A stretch of DNA of 63,898 bases, filler included, from Fonticula-like sp. SCN 57-25 (Eukaryota): assembly GCA_001724245.1 (NCBI GenBank). It is 9 parts of 9 records of this genome, joined end to end, with 100 filler letters (N's around TTAATTAATTAA, not from the genome) between each part and the next. Parts side by side here need not be neighbours in the genome. Positions count along the whole stretch, not along the records: positions 1 to 8,347 come from MEDX01000413.1; positions 8,448 to 15,320 come from MEDX01000414.1; 7 more parts are not named here. The stretch is one strand, 5' to 3'. The notes beneath the pieces are model-generated. The model had not been told where the DNA came from. It worked only from the letters and a program-made list of their open reading frames with translations, and searched no databases. Below, in pieces: positions 1 through 8,452 of the stretch (its first letter is position 1; every line of letters begins with the position of its first letter). The position numbers were made by a program, and so were the translations under genes.

Positions 1-2
1 GG

Positions 3-913
3 CTACCCGCCTAATGTCTCGATCACGATGCGGTCGTCCTCGAGGCGAACGCGCACAACGCCCTTGCGCCCCTTGGTCACCTTTTCCTCTAGCGGCAGAA
101 ACATGTCGCCAATGGCCACCATCTCGGCGTCGAATTCCTCTGTAACAAAAATGTTGACGCTCTTGTTCTCGGTGGCGGCCGGCGGTGGTGGCGGCGGCGG
201 CGGCGGGGCGGTCTTGCGCGAGCCCATCGTCGGGTACGCCTCGATCACCGGACGCGGCGGCTTAGGGGCGGCGGCCTTGGGCGCCGTCCCACTGAAGGCG
301 TTGTTGAGCGCCATGCCGGCAAGCGCGCGGCCCTTGAGGCTCCCGTAGATGGTGATGTCGCCGTCGGCAAGCACCTCGCCGCCGGGGTTGACCGAGCCGA
401 TGAGGACGAGATTAGATGAAGAGTGGATCTGCTGACCCGCGCGGACGGTCGCTACGACGACTTTGGTGGCAGGCACGGTCGGCTGAGACACCGGCGAGGA
501 CGCCGAGGCGGACGAGGAGGATCCACCGGGGGGCAGCAGCGCGAGCGATGCCGCAGTTGCCGATGCCTAGAAACACGTTAGACGAGCGGTCACAGGCGAC
601 AAGATCTGCGTACGCGGAGGCCCGCGGGCGCATTGGTGACGCCGACTGGGCGCAGCTTGAGCTGCCGCAGCTCGGCGCTGAGCGAGGCGAGATCGGACGC
701 GGGCATGTCGGGGCAGTCCTCGAGGTCAACCACGACAGGCGAGTCGAGGTAAAACGTCGGCGCCATCGCGACGCGCTTCCTAAGGCCATCGAGAACCGCC
801 GAAAGAGGCTGATCTTTCGACGGCTTTAGGCAGGGAAGAAGAAACGGGCGCGCCGTCAGCGCGCCGGCCCATTGCGAGCGGCCCGCCGAGTACAGCGCCA
901 GACACCGCCTCAT
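3..913 (-). CDS. minC: Septum site-determining protein MinC homolog, about 287 aa, 2 exons (913-614, 566-3), putative mitochondrial presequence
   Basis: Exon 1 gives MinC_N-like LRKRVAMAPTFYLDSPVVVDL...LRPVGV. Exon 2 gives the MinC_C beta-helix VRAGQQIHSSSNLVLIGSVNPGGEVLADGDITIYGSLKGRALAG...IF...AEMVAIG. A 47-nt GTACGC...CTAAC...TAG intron (613-567) joins them in frame. The N-terminus MRRCLALYSAGRSQW is Arg-rich with no acidic residues. Confidence 0.92.
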
Positions 914-998
914 GGGTTGCGAATCGCGCGGTCACTTGGCTCTGCGTTTACAATAAATGATTTGACAGAGGGACCAAAGTGATCTCGCTCAGTTTGCG

Positions 999-2300
999 AT
1001 GTCAGCAGTTCCACCGCATCGACGGACCCTGCTTGTCCGAGTACGCCTTATTCGATCCCTCTCCCGCTGGCACTGACGAATGGCCGCGCACACTAGCATG
1101 TGCCGACAGAAATGGGTGAGGCGGAGGTGACGTCCTTTTTTCGTCATTTCGGAGCCACATTCGTTCGCGTCATGTGCAAGCCGCCGCGACTGGCCCGCCG
1201 CGCCTTTGTGACATTTGATTCGCCGGCCGGGGCGGAGAGCGCGATGCAGCGGCTTCAGGGGTTTGACTTTATGGGACGCAAGCTTGAGGTTGAGTGGGCG
1301 CACGGGCGGCGAGATCAGGTCGACGCGAGCGTGGCGACACCGATCGCCCCTGAGCTCAACGTAACCTACCCGTTCCCGCCACACCTGCGTTACGCGTACC
1401 CGCCGCCATCCCGCGAGATCCTCCACAACATCTCTGCGGCGCTCGTTGCTGTCCCCCGCTTTTACACGCAGGTGCTTCATCTCATGAACAAGATGAACCT
1501 CCCGGCGCCGTTCGGAGCGATGCGCGAGATCCCTCCGACCGAGGAGGACAAGGAGCGCGCCAGGCAGGAGCGGCAAAAGAAGCGCGAAATGGGGCTCGAG
1601 AGCGACGAGTCCGAGCTCGAAAGCGACGACGACGCGCAGCAGAAAAAGGCGACCGCCGCGGCCGCTTTGCCGCACAAGAAGCGGAAAAGGGACGAGCCTG
1701 TGCTTCCCCCTGCGGCGACCGAGCCGCTGCCGAGCGCGCCAATACCCGCGCCCCGCCAGCCTGCCCAGCCGCAGGTCATAAAGATGGCACCTATCCAGTG
1801 GTCGAGCGTGCTGGCCGCGCAGACAAGCAAGGCGGCGCCGGCGGAGCGCCCGCCACCGCCAACGCTCGAAAAGCTGCCGGACGACGGTGCGCCGCATACC
1901 GCTTTCTGTGTTCATACTTATCTTTTGCTCTAGTGCTTCGCATGAACCCCGCCATGAGAGGCTACACGCGGGGCCAGCCGTGCAATGTGCTGTTTGCCAG
2001 GAATGTGCCCCGCGGGCCGGCGGCGCAGGAGCGGCTGGACGCCATCTTTGGGCAGGTCGACGGCTTTCTAGAGGCCAAGCTGCTGACCGACAGGATGAAG
2101 GGCCAAGCTTTCGTAACTTTTGCGAATGCAGAGGGCGCGGGGCAAGCGCTCGACATGCTGCACGGCTCCGTTATCGATGAGCGGCCACTCATTCTGGTAC
2201 GCGATCGCATAAAAAATTCCGTTCTGACACTGTGTCGCAGCAATTCAGCAAGTCTGCGAGCGCCACATTGACAGGCGAGCGGCGAGCGAAACCAAACTGA
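999..2300 (+). CDS. RNPC3: U11/U12 snRNP 65 kDa protein (two RRMs), 4 exons
   Basis: Spliced N-terminus RTLLVR|HVP (intron 1041-1096). Diagnostic YPPPSREILHNISAALVAVPRFYTQVLHLMNKMNLPAPF. Second RRM GQPCNVLFARN...RMKGQAFVTF after intron ~1887-1933. Last intron 2197-2240. Confidence 0.88.
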
Positions 2301-2408
2301 TTATTGCCTGTAAATAAGTAACCTGTTATCCCCACTACCCACTTTCCACGCCCATAAAGTGATCGATCACCGACAATAGGTCATATAAGTATTATTGCAC
2401 ACGAACGT

Positions 2409-2972
2409 TTACTTCTGGTTGCGGCGGATGGCAGCGCTGCGGCGGGAGAGCTTGATGGCGCTGGCGGTCGTGCGGGCGGGGGCAGCGGCGCCCTCAGCCT
2501 TGGGGACAACCTCAGCCTTCTCACCGAGGATGAGCTCCAGGTGAGTGGGCGAGCTCATGTAGGGGTTAATGCGACCATGAGCGCGGTAAGTGCGGCGGCG
2601 CTGGCGGGGAGCCTGGTTAGCCTGCACGTGCTTGATGTAAAGAGACTCAAGATCGAGACCCTTGGCCTCAGCGTTCGACTCGGCGTTCTTAAGGAGGCCA
2701 AGAACGAACTCGACCGACTTAACGGGCCAGCGACCACGGGTGAAACCGAACTCCTTAACCTGACCAGTGCGGCCAGTGCCACCAGCGTAGCGGGTGAACG
2801 GAATGGCGCGCTTGTGATCCTTGACGGCCTCGAGGTAAGCGATGGCCTTGTCGAGGGGCATCTGGCGGATGGCGTGAACAGTCTCGCGCGTGTTCTTGAA
2901 GTGAACACGGAGGTACGAGCCGCTGCTCTTGGCCACCTTGGCGGGGTTCTCCGGCTGCACGGCGTAACGCAT
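2409..2972 (-). CDS. RPL17: 60S ribosomal protein L17 (uL22)
   Basis: [19 protein letters not shown] and [18 protein letters not shown] motifs. The ATG at 2972 lies just after a CTAAC...TAG acceptor; the ORF-track extension upstream is intron/UTR. Confidence 0.96.
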   Translation of the reverse strand: MRYAVQPENPAKVAKSSGSYLRVHFKNTRETVHAIRQMPLDKAIAYLEAVKDHKRAIPFTRYAGGTGRTGQVKEFGFTRGRWPVKSVEFVLGLLKNAESNAEAKGLDLESLYIKHVQANQAPRQRRRTYRAHGRINPYMSSPTHLELILGEKAEVVPKAEGAAAPARTTASAIKLSRRSAAIRRNQK

Positions 2973-3631
2973 TCTACGATGCGAATGCGGGTTAGCACAC
3001 GGATGGATGGATGCTACAGCTGGAACACGGATGGATTGACCAACACAACGATGCATCCAACGACTCACGACACACAACATGCCATAGTTCAGCCATCCGG
3101 CCGCCAAAAGAGAAACGAGCAAACGGGATGGATAGACCTCCACCAGCGACAGACGCAGAGCCGGCGCAAGCCAGCCGCCACCGCGGGATACAGTGGGCAA
3201 CCTGACGGTGGATGCGCCATCGCATCCGTCCATCCGGCAAGTTCCAGGCTCCGCAGCATCGAGTCCGTGAATCCATCCCGCGTTTACCACCAAACGAAAC
3301 CTCCCTGCCCATCCCTCACGGCCCCATCTACACGAAATCCGTTGAGCAGCGTACCTCGCGAGCAACCTGTGTTGGACGCGGCGGGGAAGAGAGAGAGAGC
3401 ACACCAAGCGATGCAGCAATCCTCTTGACCACAGTGCAAACTGCAAACCAATCACACAATCTTGTGACACTATTGTTGAAACGGCGTCACAATATTGCCA
3501 CAGGCGTGTTTCAAAAACTTCCCATTGATCACGTGCTGAGGCAGGCGCAGGAGCACCCGGGGCAGTGTCATCGACGGACCATCATTAGGACCCTGCTTAC
3601 GTTGTTTGTGCGCGGGCGTACGTTGAGCACG

Positions 3632-6600
3632 ATGGCCCAGATTATCGATGGCAAGGCTATTGCCAAAAAGATTCGCGATGGCCTCTCGGAGGACATTCGC
3701 AACCTGAAGCAGCGCTACAACTTGACTCCTGGCCTGGCGATCGTGCAGGTCGGCGAGCGCGAGGATTCGACCGTCTATGTGCGCATGAAGGAGCGCGCCG
3801 CCAAGGAGGCCGGCATGAACTTTTTCATGAAGAAGCTTCCGGAGACCACCAAGCAGGTCCAGCTTCTTTCGCTGATCCAGTCGCTCAATGAGGACTCGTC
3901 GGTTCACGGCATCCTGGTGCAGCTCCCTCTCCCGTCCCACATTGACGAGCGCATCGTCACCGAGGCCATTGATGCCCGCAAGGATGTCGACGGGTGCGTT
4001 AACTCTTTTTTATTGTTTGGCGTTAACACCTTCTTTATAGTTTCCATCCGCTCAACATTGGCAAGCTCGCCACCAAGGGCGAGACGCCCTACTTTGTTCC
4101 CTGCACGCCCACCGGCGTGATGGAGCTCATCAAGAGCACTGGCGTGTCGCCGTCCGGCAAGCACGCCGTCGTCATTGGCCGCAGCAACATTGTCGGCCAC
4201 CCCGTCGCCGAGCTCCTCCTCAAGGCGGATGCCACTGTGACGATTGCGCACTCGCGCACCTCCAACCTCGACTCGATCGTGCGCCTCGCCGACATTGTCG
4301 TCGCCGCCGCCGGCAGCGCGTACCTCGTCCGCGGCGACTGGATCAAGCCCGGTGCCGTTGTCATTGACGTCGGTACGAACGCCGTTCACGACCCCGCGCA
4401 GCCCGAGCGCACCATCTGGAAGGGCGACGTGAACTATGAGGAGGCGCAGAAGGTCGCCGGCCACATCACGCCCGTCCCCGGAGGCGTCGGCCCGATGACC
4501 ATTGCCATGCTGATGGCCAACACGATCCACGGCGCGCGCTTCTCGATCAACGAGCTTCTCCCCCCCACCGAGTACCTCCCTCTTACCATCGAGTCGCCCG
4601 TCCCGAGCGACATTGTCATCTCGCGCATGCAGACGCCCAAGCACGTCCGCCGCATCGCCGAGGAGCTCGGCATCCTCGACAGCGAGCTCGACCTGTTTGG
4701 CAAGAGCAAGGCCAAGGTGTCGCTCGAGATCCTGGACCGCCTCAACTACCGCAAGGACGGCCGCTACGTGGTCGTGACGGGCATCACCCCGACGCCGCTC
4801 GGCGAGGGCAAGTCCACGACGACCATTGGTCTCAGCCAGGCGCTCGGCGCGCACCTCAAGCGCACCTGCTTTGCCAACGTGCGCCAGCCGAGCCAGGGCC
4901 CCACCTTTGGCATCAAGGGAGGCGCCGCCGGCGGTGGTTACTCGCAGGTCATCCCCATGGAGGACTTTAACCTCCACCTGACCGGCGACATCCACGCCGT
5001 CACCGCCGCAAACAACCTCCTCGCCGCCGCCATCGACGCCAGGATCCTGCACGAGGGCACGCAGACCGACGAGCAGCTCTTTAACCGCCTCTGCCCGCTC
5101 AAGAAGGGCAAGCGCGAGTTTAGCCGCATCATGTTCAAGCGCCTCGAGGTACGTTGAATGACGGAAAGTGGCTGATTTGTGGCAAGTGGCTGATTTGTGG
5201 CTGATTGGCTGCTGATTGGCCGTTGATTGGCCGCTAAAAGCCGCTTTTTCTTACCTTTTATGCATGCATGCTAACGACCTCTTTTTAGAAATTGGGCATT
5301 ACCAAGACTGACCCGTCCGAGCTGACGCCCGAGGAAGTGTCCAAGTTTGTCCGCCTCGACTTTGACGTCTCCACGATCACGTGGCAGCGCGTTCTCGACA
5401 CGAACGACCGCTTCCTTCGCCGCGTCACCATCGGCAAGGCGGCCACTGAGAGCAAGTTTACCCGCGAGACCGGCTTTGACATTGCCGTCGCCTCGGAAGT
5501 CATGGCCATTCTGGCGCTGACGACGTCGCTCGCCGACATGCGCGAGCGCCTTGGCCGCATGGTGGTCGCCAGCAGCAAGGCCGGCGAGCCGATCACCGCC
5601 AACGACCTTGGCATTACGGGCGCTTTGACTGTTCTTATGAAGGACGCGATTCGCCCCAACCTCATGCAGACGCTCGAGGGGACGCCCGTCTTTGTCCACG
5701 CGGGTCCGTTTGCCAACATTGCGCACGGAAACTCGTCCATCATTGCCGACAAGATTGCGCTCAAGCTCGTCGGTGAGGACGGATTTGTCATCACTGAGGC
5801 TGGGTACGAATTTTTGGCTTTTGGCATTTTGAGGGTCATTTTTGAGTATTTTTGAGTATTTTTGTGTCTGTTTTCTTTATTTTTGTGTCATTTTGGCCTC
5901 ACTTTGCCTCATTTTCTTCACTTTAAACTGACTTTATTTTCAGCTTTGGCGCCGATATTGGCATGGAAAAGTTCTTTGACATCAAGTGCCGCTACAGCGG
6001 CCTTCAGCCCCACTGCGTCGTCCTCGTCGCCACCGCGCGCGCCCTCAAGATGCACGGCGGCGGCCCCGAAGTCATTGCCGGCCGCCCCATCCCCGACGAG
6101 TACACGAACGAAAACCTCGACCTCGTCGCCACCGGCTGCCAAAACATGATGGCGCACATCCGCAACGCGCGCAAATTCGGCATTTCCGTCGTCGTCGCCA
6201 TCAACGGCTTCCACACCGACTCGCCCGCCGAGCACGAGCTCATCCGCCAAAAGGCGCTCGAGGCCGGCGCGTTCGACGCCGTCGTCTGCGAGCACTGGGC
6301 AAAGGGCGGCGAGGGCGCCAAGGCGCTCGCCGAGGCCGTCGTCAAGGCCACCGAGCAGCCGAGCGACTTTCACTTTTTGTACGACCTCGATCTCTCGATC
6401 GAGGCCAAGATCCGCAAGATCGCGCAGGACATTTACGGCGCCAAGGATATTGAGCTCTCGCCAGAGGCCGCGAAAAAGGTCGAGACGTACGCGCGCCAGG
6501 GCTTCGGAAGCCTGCCCATCTGCATGGCAAAGACGCACCTCAGCCTTTCGCACGACCCGCTCCTCAAGAACGTCCCCACTGGTACGCACTTTTTTTTTCT

Positions 6601-6798
6601 TTTTTTTTGATATGGAAATGCTGACGTATATCAATAGACTTTGTTGTGCCGGTGCGCGACATTCGTGCGTCCGTCGGCGCGGGCTTTTTGTACCCGCTGC
6701 TCGGCGCCATGCCGACCATCCCGGGTCTGCCGACGCGCCCGTGCTTCTTTGACGTCGATATCGACCTCGAGACGGGGCAGGTGCAGGGTCTCTTCTAG
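3632..6798 (+). CDS. MTHFD1: Trifunctional C1-tetrahydrofolate synthase (dehydrogenase/cyclohydrolase + formyl-THF synthetase), 5 exons
   Basis: [56 protein letters not shown] and PICMAKT motifs. Introns 3994-4040, 5149-5288, 5804-5943, 6582-6637. Confidence 0.96.
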
Positions 6799-6840
6799 TT
6801 ATTCGCCATGTTGTGTATCTCGATGAATGTGTGTAATGTG

Positions 6841-6918
6841 GTGTCTTAAAGGTAGATTCAATATAGGCGGACACTTTTTGGTGTCTTAAAGGTAGATTCA
6901 ATATAGGCGGACACTTTT
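6841..6918. repeat. Direct tandem duplication of a 40-bp unit
   Basis: GTGTCTTAAAGGTAGATTCAATATAGGCGGACACTTTT at 6841 and again at 6881. Confidence 0.95.
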
Positions 6919-7243
6919 AATGGGTGAATTTCGATACATGAAAGAAATGTATAGATGGAAGGCCATACGAGGCTCTATATTGATCATTACTACATGATAG
7001 GGATACAGAATAGGTACCAGGTTCATTCCGCTTTCCTACACAAGTAATACTTTTCGGTGCCTTTGGTGACTGTTTGGTGACTGAATGGCATATAATTTTT
7101 CAAATTTGCGATTTTGAGCGACCAATCCGGTGCTTGATAATTCAAAGTGTGACCAATGGGCGTCGAGGATTCCAGCTGTCACCGTCTGTCATCATGGCGG
7201 CGAGGCGCGCCACAACCGCGCCTGACCCGCGCGCCTTCTCGAG

Positions 7244-8083
7244 ATGGGGTTCAACGCTCTTTTCCTGAGCGGACAAAACAAGCACCAAGGCAAAATCGAG
7301 TCACTTGGCTACCATCAGCGCGACTTTCGATACGTATTGGAGCAGTCTGGCTGGACGACGTACCACAAGGATGTCTACTCGATCGTGGATGTCGTCGCTG
7401 CTTACGAGGAGATGCCCGACGGCCCGCTGCTCGTCATCTACACAGGCCACGGCGAAAGTCAACCGAACAGCAAGTACCCGATGATTTGCCCTGTGTCGGA
7501 AGGTTTCGATCTCGTCAAGATCCAGCGTGGCCCTGAGCAAGATCGCACGAAGAACCCGACGTCGTACATCTTTGACTGCTGCAATGTCGAGAGCGGCATC
7601 CCGCTGGCGGCACATGATCAAGCCGCCGCCACTCGCGAGTTCTCCACGCTCTGCCTGAACCCGGCTTCCGGCTACACTTTGGCCCTGCGAAGCGGCGTGT
7701 ACGGCTACACTCTTGATCAGGGCACGTACATGTCGCACGCCATGCTGAGTGTTTTGGGCAACCGCGACTGCGCGTCTATTGAGGACTTTGCCACGTACCT
7801 CAACACCCTTTGCCTTTACCAGTACAAGAGTCACAAGCTGATCGCCAGCAAGAAAGTCAAGTATGTCGTCACTTTGAATGGGTCCGATCCCAAGTCGGTC
7901 GGCGAGGACATGGTCAAGACGTTTACTCAGTCGAACGCCTACTGTCCTGAAGGTATTCTGTTCCAAAGAGAACTGAAAACCACTGCCCCAACCATTCCTA
8001 TTGCAGGAGTGAAGGCATTGATTGCGCGCATTGGTCGCTCGCCGCCGGCGTGTCCTGCCTTTCCCCTCGACAAGGGTGAATAG
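7244..8083 (+). CDS. Intronless caspase-fold (peptidase C14-like, meta/orthocaspase) protein, 279 aa
   Basis: His motif LLVIYTGHG and Cys motif YIFDCC in the caspase order and spacing. A p10-like segment LRSGVYGY...GTYMSHAMLSVL follows. Confidence 0.7.
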   Translation: MGFNALFLSGQNKHQGKIESLGYHQRDFRYVLEQSGWTTYHKDVYSIVDVVAAYEEMPDGPLLVIYTGHGESQPNSKYPMICPVSEGFDLVKIQRGPEQDRTKNPTSYIFDCCNVESGIPLAAHDQAAATREFSTLCLNPASGYTLALRSGVYGYTLDQGTYMSHAMLSVLGNRDCASIEDFATYLNTLCLYQYKSHKLIASKKVKYVVTLNGSDPKSVGEDMVKTFTQSNAYCPEGILFQRELKTTAPTIPIAGVKALIARIGRSPPACPAFPLDKGE

Positions 8084-8347
8084 GCTACAAATAGCGATGT
8101 GTATCCATCTTATAATCAAATATATCACATTACCAATAAATATACAATAGTCTATGCTTTCTGTCTCCTTTGCTACTCGTTTCAGCTACTATCTCATATA
8201 AAGTATTATAGTTTTACTGTTTTTCCTTATGCCATTGCTCTGCCACTGCTCAGGAGAATCAAGGGCAGATTCCTGCCTCTGCGCACCAATCAGATCGCTT
8301 CCCGCCCTACGATGGACGGGGCTTTTTCTTGGGTGCGTCAAGCCTCT

Positions 8348-8447
8348 NNNNNNNNNNNNNNNNNNNNNNNNNNNNNNNNNNNNNNNNNNNNTTAATTAAT
8401 TAANNNNNNNNNNNNNNNNNNNNNNNNNNNNNNNNNNNNNNNNNNNN
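8348..8447. other. Artificial contig linker N44-TTAATTAATTAA-N44 (also 15321-15420, 22268-22367, 29205-29304, 36138-36237, 43265-43364, 50167-50266, 57047-57146)
   Basis: Eight identical 100-bp spacers with stops in all six frames. Genes are cut off at them. Confidence 0.99.
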
Positions 8448-8452
8448 CCGCC

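Noticed and set aside
3-913. MinC (and the FabG-like, CobW-like and ASL genes) as bacterial contamination or an operon
   Set aside because: MinC and the CobW-like gene have spliceosomal introns, and all four sit among clearly eukaryotic genes in the same codon style.
2973-3470. N-terminally extended 353-aa RPL17
   Set aside because: The extension is 5'UTR and intron; homology begins at MRYAVQP (2972).
6841-6918. 40-bp repeat with short terminal inverted ends as a CRISPR array
   Set aside because: Only two abutting copies, no spacers, no cas genes, eukaryotic context.
8348-8447. Regularly spaced TTAATTAATTAA motif flanked by Ns (8 copies, ~6.9 kb period)
   Set aside because: Artificial concatenation linker. 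It is not a biological repeat, and cross-linker gene neighbourhoods are meaningless.
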